IMG/VR virus record: IMGVR_UViG_3300037692_000441
Location: 1 to 40,716 of that record
Strand: one strand, 5' to 3'
DNA: 40,716 bases
From: a virus
Lineage: Duplodnaviria > Caudoviricetes
The notes under the pieces are model-generated. The model was not told the origin of the DNA and searched no databases. It saw only the letters and a program-made list of their open reading frames with translations. This document shows positions 7,818 to 16,495 of this stretch, in pieces. A program made the position numbers and the translations under genes. The first letter of the stretch is position 1. Each line of letters begins with the position of its first letter.

Positions 7818-8331
7818 GCTGGCTTTCCGGCCGGCGAGTAGAGAATTCTTCTTTGCCCGAGCACGGGCAAGGGATCCGCGGACGTTCGACCGGCTCATGG
7901 CCAGGGCGGACACTTCGGACCCGGAAGCCTGCTGGCCGTGCCGGGGGCTGGCGCCAAGCGCATACGGAACAATCAGTATTCAGGGGAAAAAGCACAAGGC
8001 CCACCGCGTGATGTTCGCGCTAGCTTTCGGCGACCCTTCCGCTCCGGAGGTTCGTCACGTCTGCCACAAGCCGCCGTGCTTCAATCCTCTCCACCTGAGA
8101 GGCGGAACGCACCGAGACAACATGCTCGATCGAGTTGTCGCGAACCGGGGCGGGTATCTCAAAGGTGAGTCAAACGGCCGCGCGAAGTTGACCGCCGGAC
8201 AGGTGGCGTTCATCCGGACCAGTTCCACGCCGGGGGCGGATCTCGCCCGCCAGTTCAATGTCACGAAAACCCTGATCAGTTACATCCGGAAAGGGAAACT
8301 CTGGAAACACCTCAAAGGAGGAGGCGAATAG
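7807..8331 (+). CDS. HNH homing-type endonuclease with C-terminal HTH
   Basis: CWP...YG...AHRV...RHVCHKPPCFNPLHL..GT..DN; GESNGRAKLT followed by an HTH. Confidence 0.88.
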   Translation: MSFELAFRPASREFFFARARARDPRTFDRLMARADTSDPEACWPCRGLAPSAYGTISIQGKKHKAHRVMFALAFGDPSAPEVRHVCHKPPCFNPLHLRGGTHRDNMLDRVVANRGGYLKGESNGRAKLTAGQVAFIRTSSTPGADLARQFNVTKTLISYIRKGKLWKHLKGGGE

Positions 8332-9423
8332 ATGGCAAATGTTACGTTTCGAAAAGCAGAACGTCGTAAGGCGAAGCTCCGGCTCGGGCTGGCGGGCCCG
8401 GCCGGCAGCGGGAAGACTTACAGTGCGCTCCTGATCGCCAAGGGGCTCGGCGGACGGGTCGCGATGATCGACACCGAGCACCATTCGGGAGAGCTCTACG
8501 CCGACCTGTACGACTACGACACCACGGTGATCGAGCCGCCGTTCCGGCCGGACAAGTACACGGAGGCGATCAAGGCGGCAGAGGAGGCCGGGTACGACGT
8601 CATCATCATCGACTCGCTCTCCCACGCCTGGGCCGGCGAGGGCGGACTCCTCGACATGCAGGGGAAGATCGCGGACTCGGGGAAGGGGAACAGCTACACC
8701 GCCTGGCGGTCGGTCACCCCGAAACACAACGCGCTGGTGGAATCGATGCTCCAGAGCAAGGCGCACGTGATCGGCTGTTTCCGGTCGAAACAGGATTACG
8801 TCCAGCAGAAGGACGAGAAGACCGGGAAGACCGAGATCAAGAAGGTCGGGATGGCGCCCATCTTCCGGGATGGGTGCGAGTATGAATTTTCCTGCTTCCT
8901 GGACCTGTCCCTCGACCACAATGCAACCTCTTCGAAGGACAGGACGCGGTTGTTCGACGGGACGATTTTCCAGCCTTCCGTAAAAACAGGCGAGGCGCTC
9001 ATCGAATGGCTGAACTCCGGCACCGATATCCCGGCGCCCTCCCCGCAAGCGGATCCTCAGCCCGCCGCGGCTCCTGCTCCACCCCAGGCGGCGCCGACCG
9101 CGGCCGCTCCCTCGGAGAGCGCTCCCCCGAAACCCGTCAACGGACTCCCCGGAGAGGATCCGAGCAAGGCCACGGCGCCGAAGGGCGGGGAAGAGCCGTT
9201 CCCGAACGAGATGGTCACCGACGACCAGCGCAAGAAGCTGATGGCGATGTTCAACGAGCTCGGGATCAAGAACCGGGAAACCCGGCTCTCCTGGGTGCGC
9301 ACGTGCCTCCATGCACCTTCGGTCAGCACCGTCATGGACCTCACGAAGGACCAGGCGTCGAAGGTAATCGACGCCCTCGAGCACGCCCTGGAAACCCAGC
9401 GCGCGCAGAAGAAGAGCGCGTAA
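8332..9423 (+). CDS. Sak4-like (AAA_24) recombinase/ATPase
   Basis: GPAGSGKT Walker A, IDTE, IIIDSLSHAW; located between exonuclease and ssb. Confidence 0.85.
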   Translation: MANVTFRKAERRKAKLRLGLAGPAGSGKTYSALLIAKGLGGRVAMIDTEHHSGELYADLYDYDTTVIEPPFRPDKYTEAIKAAEEAGYDVIIIDSLSHAWAGEGGLLDMQGKIADSGKGNSYTAWRSVTPKHNALVESMLQSKAHVIGCFRSKQDYVQQKDEKTGKTEIKKVGMAPIFRDGCEYEFSCFLDLSLDHNATSSKDRTRLFDGTIFQPSVKTGEALIEWLNSGTDIPAPSPQADPQPAAAPAPPQAAPTAAAPSESAPPKPVNGLPGEDPSKATAPKGGEEPFPNEMVTDDQRKKLMAMFNELGIKNRETRLSWVRTCLHAPSVSTVMDLTKDQASKVIDALEHALETQRAQKKSA

Positions 9424-9426
9424 GCC

Positions 9427-9828
9427 ATGGGCACCTACAACAGGGTAATCCTGATGGGAAACCTGACCCGGGATCCGGAGGTCAGGTTCCTGGACTCAGG
9501 GATGGCCGTGGCGTCGTTCGGCCTGGCCGTCAACCGGAAGTGGAAGAAGGACGGGGAAACGAAGGAGGAGGTCTCCTTCTTTGACTGCGAGGCGTGGGGA
9601 AAGACCGCCGAGATCTGCGGGGATTACCTCGCTAAGGGCCGTCCGGTGCTGATCGATGGTCGATTGAAACAGGAGCGGTGGGAGGACGACAACCAAAACA
9701 AGCGGCAGAAGATCAAGGTCGTGATCAACGAGGTCCAGTTCCTGGGGAAAAAGGACGAGACCCAGGAGACATCTGCAACAGAAGCCCCCGCGGCAGGTGC
9801 AACCAGCGCCGAGGAAGACGCTTTCTAA
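9427..9828 (+). CDS. ssb: Single-stranded DNA-binding protein
   Basis: NRVILMGNLTRDPE...GRL...W OB-fold; acidic tail EEDAF. Confidence 0.95.
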   Translation: MGTYNRVILMGNLTRDPEVRFLDSGMAVASFGLAVNRKWKKDGETKEEVSFFDCEAWGKTAEICGDYLAKGRPVLIDGRLKQERWEDDNQNKRQKIKVVINEVQFLGKKDETQETSATEAPAAGATSAEEDAF

Positions 9829-9928
9829 CCCTTCCCCCCGCGAGCATACGTTGCCGGGGGAACGTGCGGGCGGGCACGTAACGGCCCTGCGAGCCGCCAA
9901 TCCGTGGGGCCACGAAAAAGGAGACCCG

Positions 9929-10135
9929 ATGGAAAAGTCCGTGGTGATCGACGTCATAGGGAACGCGTACAGGGTGCAGCTGCAGGTCTGGAAGGACGAC
10001 TTAGCGGAGGACCACGGCAAGCCCGTCGTGGTCTTGGACACCGCCAGCGACAAGGAACTCGGGGAGGCGGTAAGGGGCCTCTTCCGCACCCGGCTCCGCG
10101 CGAAGAAGGAGAAGAAAGAGGAGGCGGCGGCATGA
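9929..10135 (+). CDS. Hypothetical protein
   Basis: AAGGAG SD and ATG 9929. Confidence 0.6.
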   Translation: MEKSVVIDVIGNAYRVQLQVWKDDLAEDHGKPVVVLDTASDKELGEAVRGLFRTRLRAKKEKKEEAAA

Positions 10136-10398
10136 GCAACCACGGCCCCATAGATCCGGAAATCAAGCGCCGGATGGACGCACTGGCGCGAGAATTTCGC
10201 CTCGGCCCCACGGGGCAGTTCCCGCAAGGGAAACTAACGGCCCGCGACGAAGGAGAGATCCGGGTCGCCATCGGTACCGTGGACGGAAAGGTCGTCCTGA
10301 ACTTCGGAAGCTCCGTGGCGTGGATCGGCTTCACGCCAGAACAAGCGCGGGAGATCGCGGCGGCCATGATCGAGCAGGCGAAGGAGGTAGCGTCGTGA
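10132..10398 (+). CDS. Conserved phage hypothetical protein (GPTGQFPQGKL..DEGE)
   Basis: ATGA overlap; GGAGG SD. Confidence 0.65.
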   Translation: MSNHGPIDPEIKRRMDALAREFRLGPTGQFPQGKLTARDEGEIRVAIGTVDGKVVLNFGSSVAWIGFTPEQAREIAAAMIEQAKEVAS

Positions 10399-10805
10399 GC
10401 GTCCTCATCCGGCAGGAGGGTCGTCGCTGTGACGCCCGCTGCTACAACGGCAAATCCACCACGAAGTGCCGCTGCGTCTGCGGCGGACGGAACCACGGGG
10501 GCGGCCCGGACAAGGCCGTCGAGAACAACAGGAGGCTGTTCGGCATGGAAGAGAACCGCTCCATCTACAAGATCGTCCAGAACACCCCGGGATCAACGCT
10601 CATCATCCGGGACGTCGGGCACAACGACCACCGCAGCGTCACGAACGACGCGGAGAAGGTCGTTGCCGACCTGGTCGCCTCGGGTGATCTGCCGCCCGGG
10701 CGGCGGCTTTTCTACTACGACTCCGAGGGGCAGCTCGATGAGCTGCTCGTTCGGGACGGGAAATTCGCGGGCTTCCGTCCGGGCCCGAGGGCGACCGCGG
10801 GATGA
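10395..10805 (+). CDS. Two-domain hypothetical protein (Cys/His Zn-like domain + SVTNDAE domain)
   Basis: GTG with AAGGAGG SD; CDARC...CRCVCGGRNHG followed by RSVTNDAEKVV...YYDSEG. Confidence 0.65.
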   Translation: MSVLIRQEGRRCDARCYNGKSTTKCRCVCGGRNHGGGPDKAVENNRRLFGMEENRSIYKIVQNTPGSTLIIRDVGHNDHRSVTNDAEKVVADLVASGDLPPGRRLFYYDSEGQLDELLVRDGKFAGFRPGPRATAG

Positions 10806-10978
10806 AGGAAACCAAGGTGCTTATGGTCATATGCGATCCTGTGTCGGAACCGACACTGCGAGAATTCCTGCTGCTCGGAGGCTACCGGTTCAGCACGGCG
10901 TACGTCCAAGAAGCCGAACCACCGAAAGTGGAGCTGCCGAGTGACGATTACGGCCCCGAGCTTGGAGGCGATACCTGA
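10802..10978 (+). CDS. Hypothetical protein (58 aa, MKETKVLMV...)
   Basis: Fills the gap with ATGA and TGATG overlaps. Confidence 0.5.
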   Translation: MKETKVLMVICDPVSEPTLREFLLLGGYRFSTAYVQEAEPPKVELPSDDYGPELGGDT

Positions 10979-12915
10979 TGGCCTCCCCCGTCGATCGCCC
11001 ACCCGTCGAATTCTCGGAGTTTCACCTTTTTGCGGGTATTGGGGGCGGGGCCTTGGGCGCCGCCTCCGCCCGCGCGACGTGGCTCGGCTGCTGCGGTTCC
11101 ATCCGTACGCTCGGCGGGATCGACTCCGACCCGGCCGCCTGCGCGGACTTCGAGCGGTTCACCGGGATTCCTGCGACGTGCCTGGACCTGTTCGACCGGG
11201 AGCAGTACGTCGCGTTCCACGGGAAACAACCTCCTCCGGAGTGGCGGGAAGCGACCCCCGCGGACGTCCTGCGCGCCGCCGGCGGGGTCTGCCCGGACAT
11301 TATCTTCTCATCGCCCCCCTGCAAGGGCTTCTCGGGGCTACTCCCGAGCGCCTCCGCGGGGTCGGAGAAGTACCAGGCGCTCAACCGCCTGACCACCCGG
11401 GCCGTTCGCCTCACCCTCGGGGCGTTCAAGAAGGACCCTCCCGCGGTGTTCCTCATCGAGAACGTGCCCCGGATCCGAACCCGCGGGGCGGAGCTGCTCG
11501 AGGAGATCAAGCGGCTCCTCCGTGGCCACGGCTACCGGGTCACCGACTCGGACCACGACTGCGGGGAGATCGGAGGGCTGGGCCAGCGGCGGAAGCGGTA
11601 CCTGATGATCGCCCGGAACCCGAAGAAGCTGGCGCCGTTCATCTATCAGCCGCCGAAGCGCCCCCTGAAGACGATCGGCGACGTGATCGGGCCGCTGGCG
11701 CTTCCGGACGATCCCTCGCTCGGGCCGATGCACCGGCTCCCGCGGCTTAAGTGGCTGACCTGGCTGCGGCTGGCGCTGATCCCCGCCGGCGGCGACTGGC
11801 GGGACCTTCAGAAGATCACGCCGGAAGAGTACCGGATCATTCGCACGGAATGGGGTACCACGAACAACGCCCTGACGGTGCAGCCGTGGGACAAGCCGGC
11901 GGCGACCGTCACGAGCAGCACGCGCCTTTCCGGAAGCAGCCCGGCGGCCGTGGCGGATCCACGCCTCAAGGAAAAGACCGGCTACAACGGTTCCCCCGGG
12001 CTGTACGGGGTCAACGCATGGGATGAACCGGCCAAGGCCGTCACGGGCGGGATGCGAGTCCCTTGCTCGAACACCCCCGCCGCGATCGCGGATCCGCGTC
12101 TCCCCGACTCGAAGGGCGTCTACCCGAACCGATTCAGGGTCGGCCGCTTCAACGAGCCCGCGGCCTGCATCACCGGAGACACGGATGTCCAGTGCGGGGC
12201 GCAGTCGATCGGAGACCCTCGGGTGCCGGAGAAAAGCGGTCGCCATTTCTCCCATCTGCGGGTCAACGGATGGGTCGAGCCCGGGAAGACGGTCACAGGG
12301 GCCACGCACGTCGCCAATGGTGCGCCCTCGATCGGCGATCCTCGCCTACATCACGTCCCCCGCCCGGGCGTCTACCGGATCCTCCGGATGGACGAGACGG
12401 CGCCGACGATCACCGGCGGCGCGGGTGTCGGTACCAGCAACGGCGCGCAGGCCATCGCCGACCATCGGCTCGGGTGCAAGCCGCGCAGCGGGAGCTACGG
12501 GGTGCAGGACTGGAACGAGCCCTCATCCGCGATCGTTGGCGCCGGAGACATCCATTCGGCAGCTGCTGCCGTATCCGACCCCCGGATCCCCGGCAACGAC
12601 GAGCGGCCAGACCCGCCCCCGGTGATCGTAGCCCTCGACGGGACATGGCACCGGCCGCTGACCACGCTGGAGCTGCTCGCTCTGCAGTCGTTCCCGGTCC
12701 GGTTCGCCGACGGGACACCCGTGGTGCTGGCCGGGAAGAGCGATTCGAAATGGAGAGAGCGCGTCGGAAACGCCGTCCCTCCGGATGCCTCCCGGGGGAT
12801 TCACGAGCAGATCCTCCTCGCCATGGTGCAGCACGTAGCAGGCGAGACGTACACCCTTGGGACGACGCCGGTGTGGGTGCGGAGGATCGAGAAGGAAAAG
12901 GAGGTTCGGACATGA
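10978..12915 (+). CDS. C5 DNA cytosine methyltransferase with six tandem ~42-aa repeats in the variable region
   Basis: Motif I LFAGIGG, IV SPPCKGFS, VI ENV, VIII QRRKR, IX RPLTTLELLALQSFP, X VGNAVPP. Confidence 0.9.
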   Translation: MASPVDRPPVEFSEFHLFAGIGGGALGAASARATWLGCCGSIRTLGGIDSDPAACADFERFTGIPATCLDLFDREQYVAFHGKQPPPEWREATPADVLRAAGGVCPDIIFSSPPCKGFSGLLPSASAGSEKYQALNRLTTRAVRLTLGAFKKDPPAVFLIENVPRIRTRGAELLEEIKRLLRGHGYRVTDSDHDCGEIGGLGQRRKRYLMIARNPKKLAPFIYQPPKRPLKTIGDVIGPLALPDDPSLGPMHRLPRLKWLTWLRLALIPAGGDWRDLQKITPEEYRIIRTEWGTTNNALTVQPWDKPAATVTSSTRLSGSSPAAVADPRLKEKTGYNGSPGLYGVNAWDEPAKAVTGGMRVPCSNTPAAIADPRLPDSKGVYPNRFRVGRFNEPAACITGDTDVQCGAQSIGDPRVPEKSGRHFSHLRVNGWVEPGKTVTGATHVANGAPSIGDPRLHHVPRPGVYRILRMDETAPTITGGAGVGTSNGAQAIADHRLGCKPRSGSYGVQDWNEPSSAIVGAGDIHSAAAAVSDPRIPGNDERPDPPPVIVALDGTWHRPLTTLELLALQSFPVRFADGTPVVLAGKSDSKWRERVGNAVPPDASRGIHEQILLAMVQHVAGETYTLGTTPVWVRRIEKEKEVRT

Positions 12916-13151
12916 GCCTTGCCCACAAGAAGCTCCTGCGCGAATACGGTGATCCCCACAACAACATGGCGGCAAAGGAGTTCCGGCGCGACCTTGCCCG
13001 CCTTCTCCGGGAGGTCAGGGAGGAACAGAAAGAAAAGGATGCGAAGGCGGGATACAACGAGGCTTTCGAATGCCTGAAGCGCGGAACGGATGCGAACACA
13101 AGCCAAGCAGTAGCTCAATGTGTGGCCGCCGCCATCAGGGGCCAGAAGTGA
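12912..13151 (+). CDS. Hypothetical protein
   Basis: ATGA overlap; AGGAGG SD. Confidence 0.55.
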   Translation: MSLAHKKLLREYGDPHNNMAAKEFRRDLARLLREVREEQKEKDAKAGYNEAFECLKRGTDANTSQAVAQCVAAAIRGQK

Positions 13152-13351
13152 CCCGCGCCTGCCACGAGTGCCTTTACTACGTGCTCCCCGACTGGAAGGT
13201 GGAGAACGTCGGGCGGTGCAAGTACGCGCAGGAGAGGTTCGGGCGGGAAGTGAAGCTGCCGACGGAGTACCCCGCCTGCAAGGGGTTCGCGGACAAGCTG
13301 ACCAGCCAGAAGCCGGGGAGAAAATATCAGGGAGTCAGGAGGGGAAGATGA
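13148..13351 (+). CDS. Small Cys-rich protein (CxxC...C...C)
   Basis: GTGA overlap. Confidence 0.5.
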   Translation: MTRACHECLYYVLPDWKVENVGRCKYAQERFGREVKLPTEYPACKGFADKLTSQKPGRKYQGVRRGR

Positions 13352-13452
13352 TCTCTCGCTTGGTCTGCTGGTTGAAGGGCCACTCCCTTTTCTCACTGGA
13401 GACGGTGGTCGTCTGCCGCCGATGTTTCCAGTGGTGGCGAAAGGCCCGGTAG
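13348..13452 (+). CDS. Tiny Zn-ribbon-like peptide (C..GH...CRRC)
   Basis: AGGAGG SD; ATGA overlap. Confidence 0.45.
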   Translation: MISRLVCWLKGHSLFSLETVVVCRRCFQWWRKAR

Positions 13453-13458
13453 TAGCCC

Positions 13459-13656
13459 ATGCCGAACCGCCTTCCTCCTTGCCCGTTGTGCGGCGGAAAG
13501 AAACGCCACCGACCGGAAGTATGCCCGAACGGGAAAAACCCGCCACAAGGCATTCAGAATGATTTGAATGATGTTTCCGTAAGGGATCTGCTCCCTCCCC
13601 TGCGCCGGATCGTCCAGGTCCTCGAAAGGCTGGTCCAGTCGGGGAAGGTTCCCTGA
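13459..13656 (+). CDS. Hypothetical protein (CxxC..H...C)
   Basis: Stop overlaps the xis start. Confidence 0.45.
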   Translation: MPNRLPPCPLCGGKKRHRPEVCPNGKNPPQGIQNDLNDVSVRDLLPPLRRIVQVLERLVQSGKVP

Positions 13657-13877
13657 TGCCAGAGAAGATCTTCCCCCCCTATTTGACCTTCGGCGAGGCG
13701 CAGCTCTACAGCCGGATCCCCCGGAGGCGGCTGCGCGAGCTGCTGGCCTCCGGGGAGATCCCCTCCCGGAAGTTCCCCGGCAAGGTCGTGATCGCGAAGG
13801 AGGCGATCGACCGGTACATGGCCGACGTCCCCGAGCTGCCGGAATCGGTGTTGCGGAGATTCGCCCCTGGGCGGTAG
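13656..13877 (+). CDS. xis: Excisionase-like HTH protein
   Basis: YLTFGEA...LRELLASGEIPS.K...VI....IDRY pattern; immediately upstream of the integrase. Confidence 0.75.
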   Translation: MPEKIFPPYLTFGEAQLYSRIPRRRLRELLASGEIPSRKFPGKVVIAKEAIDRYMADVPELPESVLRRFAPGR

Positions 13878-13887
13878 AATTCGCGAC

Positions 13888-14892
13888 ATGCGTGTGGAAC
13901 CCCGCCTCTGGCGTCGGTACAACGGCGTCTACTACGCCGTCCTGCCCGGCGACCAGCGGGTCTCCCTCAAATCCCGCGACAAGGACGAGGCCAAGAAGCT
14001 CTTCCACGACTTCTGCCGGAAATGGATGACCGGCAAGCTGGCCGCCCTCGAGGGGGCCAGGAACGTCAAGCTCGGGGCGTTCCGGACGGAGTACCTTAAA
14101 AGCCGCAAGTCCCGGGCCGACTCCACCCTGCGCAACGACAAGGCCGTCCTCGACCACCTGGTGGCCTCCTACGGCGTCAACCGGACCTTACGGTCCCTGA
14201 CCGTCCGGGATCTCGAACGGTTCAAGGCCGGGCTCTTGAAGGGTGTAACCGCCACCACCGTGAACGGCTACCTTCGGCACCTGCGGGGCGCGTTCGCCAC
14301 GGCGCTGCGCTGGGAGTACCTCCTCCGGAACCCGGCGACCGCCGTCCCCTTCGAGCTCGAGCCGCAGCGCGAAGCGCCCCCTGTCATCGAGGAGGTCCTC
14401 ACGGGGATCCTGTCGAAGTCCACCGCGGCGGAGAGCCGGGCCTTCCGGATCCTGCTCTACACGGGCCTACGGCCGTTCGAGCTGTGCAAGCTGACGTACG
14501 GCCATATCGTGGGCGGGGTGATCCGGGTGAAGGGGAAGCGGGGCCGGATCCGGGTGATCCCGGTCATGGGAGAGTGCAAGCAGCTCCTGGGGGAGGGGGT
14601 TCCCACCGCCCACGTGATCCCGTGGCGGCACCCGGTGACCCTGTCGCACAAGTTCCGGGTGGTGGCCACCGCGGCCGGCTACGGCAACGTCCGGCTCTAC
14701 GACCTGCGGCACACCTTCGGAACGGTCATGGTCCTGGCCGGGGTGGATCCGTTCCACGTCTCCAAGCTCATGGGCCACACGTCGCTCAGCACCACGCAGC
14801 GGTACGTGACGGTGACCCGGAAGACCCTGGAGCTGGCGGTGGGGAAGGCGGACGGGATGTTCGGGGGGACGGGGAAGAAGGGCCCCCCGTGA
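13888..14892 (+). CDS. int: Tyrosine integrase
   Basis: YTGLR, K (GKRG), YDLRHTF, LMGH and catalytic Y (TTQRY); adjacent to attP. Confidence 0.95.
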   Translation: MRVEPRLWRRYNGVYYAVLPGDQRVSLKSRDKDEAKKLFHDFCRKWMTGKLAALEGARNVKLGAFRTEYLKSRKSRADSTLRNDKAVLDHLVASYGVNRTLRSLTVRDLERFKAGLLKGVTATTVNGYLRHLRGAFATALRWEYLLRNPATAVPFELEPQREAPPVIEEVLTGILSKSTAAESRAFRILLYTGLRPFELCKLTYGHIVGGVIRVKGKRGRIRVIPVMGECKQLLGEGVPTAHVIPWRHPVTLSHKFRVVATAAGYGNVRLYDLRHTFGTVMVLAGVDPFHVSKLMGHTSLSTTQRYVTVTRKTLELAVGKADGMFGGTGKKGPP

Positions 14893-14970
14893 CGGTTCCG
14901 GGCGGCGTTTTTCTGACAGAATCCATGACAGTCCCGCGCAATTACCCGAATCGAATCAAGTGCTTGGTCC

Positions 14971-15016
14971 ATTCGTAATCAGCAGGTCGTCGGTTCAATC
15001 CCGACCGCCGGCTCCA
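14971..15016 (+). other. attP core = 3' half of a tRNA-Thr(CGT) gene
   Basis: ATTCGTAATCAGCAGGTCGTCGGTTCAATCCCGACCGCCGGCTCCA contains a CGT anticodon loop, T-arm GGTTCAATCC and a CCA end; there is no 5' half. Confidence 0.88.
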
Positions 15017-15070
15017 CGTAAATCCGGGAACTTAGCGGTATATCTGGAAATATCCCGAAAGAGCACCTAC

Positions 15071-15138
15071 GACCATCCGCGACCATCCGCGACCAAGAGA
15101 GACCATTTTGTCAGGGTTTTTATGACAAACCCCTGACA
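15071..15138. repeat. attP arm: four GACCA repeats phased at 10 bp, plus TGACA arm-type repeats/inverted repeat
   Basis: GACCATCCGC GACCATCCGC GACCAAGAGA GACCATTTTG, then TGTCAGGGTTT..AAACCCCTGACA; TGACAG also occurs twice at ~14914-14931. Confidence 0.65.
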
Positions 15139-15142
15139 GCGG

Positions 15143-15253
15143 TCACCGGAGCAGGAGCAGGACCGACCACTCCACGACGAGGGTGATCACCCCCACGATC
15201 AGCGCGAACTTCCCGGCGTAACGTCGATCGGCGCGTACGTCGTTAGCCCTCAA
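15143..15253 (-). CDS. Possible 36-aa membrane peptide (last gene of the lysis cassette)
   Basis: TTG start with purine-rich SD; FALIVGVITLVVEWSVLLLLR. Confidence 0.35.
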   Translation of the reverse strand: MRANDVRADRRYAGKFALIVGVITLVVEWSVLLLLR

Positions 15254-15515
15254 CCGGATTCCCCTTCCCAGCCTCAAAGAGCAGCCTCGCGAGTCCGGAG
15301 ACATCGATTTTTCTCCCCCCGGGGTGGTTTTCGTTATGCGCCTGGGCGAGGATCATGAAGTTCTCCGCCAGCCAGGTGAAGATCCTCTCCCCGTGGTGCA
15401 GGCGCTGTCGCATCTCCTTCTGGTTCCACCGGATCGCGGCGTACGCCGTCGCTCCCGCGGCGATCCCCCCAAACAGTCCCCCGGCGATCGTCACAATCTC
15501 GGCGGTCAGTTCCAT
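15243..15515 (-). CDS. Single-TM protein, holin/antiholin-like
   Basis: N-terminal TM helix plus amphipathic tail; in the lysis cassette. Confidence 0.55.
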   Translation of the reverse strand: MELTAEIVTIAGGLFGGIAAGATAYAAIRWNQKEMRQRLHHGERIFTWLAENFMILAQAHNENHPGGRKIDVSGLARLLFEAGKGNPVEG

Positions 15516-15601
15516 TATGCCACCCTCGGAGGAGATCCCCGGAGGAGACGCACAAGGCGATCCCCTCCGGGGTGGAAATGAGGCAGTTCGAGACCGGACA
15601 G

Positions 15602-15889
15602 TTACTGTCCGGACACTGCGGGTCCACCGCTCGGTCCTTCCGGCGAAGGTGGCGCACGGAGCAGCATCTCGTCTTTCTTCGCGCTGCCCACGGAACTGCC
15701 GAGGAAGTGCTGCACCCCCTGGCCGGCGAACGCCGTCAGCGACCCGAGGCCGATCAGGAGGTATTTCTCGTTCGCGGTGTTGACGGTGGTGAACAGCAGG
15801 ATCCCCAGGACCGCCAAAAACCCGAGCGCGAAGATGAACGCAAGGGCGGCCCCCACGGTGTTCTTGTCAACGAGGGTCTTGGTCGGCAT
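15602..15889 (-). CDS. Putative holin (2 TM)
   Basis: Two hydrophobic helices and FLGSSVGSAKKD C-terminal motif. Confidence 0.65.
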   Translation of the reverse strand: MPTKTLVDKNTVGAALAFIFALGFLAVLGILLFTTVNTANEKYLLIGLGSLTAFAGQGVQHFLGSSVGSAKKDEMLLRAPPSPEGPSGGPAVSGQ

Positions 15890-15890
15890 C

Positions 15891-16073
15891 TTACACCTCC
15901 GGGAGTTTGGTCGGGTCGAGTGTGGCGAACTCCTCCCGGACTTTCGTCAGCGCGGCTTCCAGTTGCTCCGGCGATGCCCCCGCCTCCGCCGCCAGGCGTT
16001 TCAGGTTCGCTTCCACGATCAGAAACTTCACGATCTCTCCCGCGAGCGGGACGAGCAGTTCGAGCACGGGCAT
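15891..16073 (-). CDS. Small hypothetical protein coupled to the lipoprotein gene
   Basis: MPVLELLVPLAGEIV...; overlaps the lipoprotein stop; GGAGG SD. Confidence 0.6.
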   Translation of the reverse strand: MPVLELLVPLAGEIVKFLIVEANLKRLAAEAGASPEQLEAALTKVREEFATLDPTKLPEV

Positions 16074-16447
16074 CACGCACCTCCCGCTGTTGCGACCAGT
16101 TGGTTGATGACGTTGTTGATCTCCTGTTCCCTGCCGGGAGCCGGGATCCCGCCGCCGGCGAGGATGGCGTCGAACGCCGCGATCATCGGCTTCAGCTTGA
16201 TGAGGAGCTCCCGCTTCACCCGGTAGACACGCAACTGCTCGAGCGAGAGCTTCCCCTGCTGCGCCATCGCACCCATCGCGGCGGCGTCCTCGAACTGCGC
16301 CTTGTAGGCCGACATGAAGTAGATCGACTTTTCCTTTGCGATCTGGGAGGCGGTCTTCGCGGGAGCGGTCGGTGCCGTCCCCACGGTGGCGCACCCGGCG
16401 ACGAGGACGAGAAGCAGGACGAGCAGGATGCTGCGCTTGCGGTTCAT
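16073..16447 (-). CDS. Lipoprotein (possible spanin-like lysis component)
   Basis: Basic N-terminus, hydrophobic core, lipobox LVAG-C; helical body. Confidence 0.7.
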   Translation of the reverse strand: MNRKRSILLVLLLVLVAGCATVGTAPTAPAKTASQIAKEKSIYFMSAYKAQFEDAAAMGAMAQQGKLSLEQLRVYRVKRELLIKLKPMIAAFDAILAGGGIPAPGREQEINNVINQLVATAGGA

Positions 16448-16495
16448 GTGTGCCTCCTTTTCAATCGGTTGACTGCCAGTGCATCTCGTAGATCA

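Noticed and set aside
6950-7900. Permuted group I intron or split intein restoring exonuclease order
   Set aside because: No recognisable intron core or intein terminal motifs. The ORF has its own strong SD/ATG and the flanks are occupied by coupled ORFs. An Infernal search and RT-PCR for a circular junction would exclude it formally.
9829-9928. Possible ncRNA or nut-like element after ssb
   Set aside because: Only a GC-rich imperfect hairpin with no U-tract or recognisable motif; insufficient evidence.
14971-15016. Functional tRNA gene
   Set aside because: Only the anticodon loop to CCA is present; the upstream sequence cannot form the D-arm or acceptor stem, so it is an att core.
15334-15657. 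Cys-rich ORF overlapping the holin-like genes
   Set aside because: It overlaps two better-supported ORFs and its 3' part has off-frame, Arg-rich composition; a short real peptide cannot be excluded.
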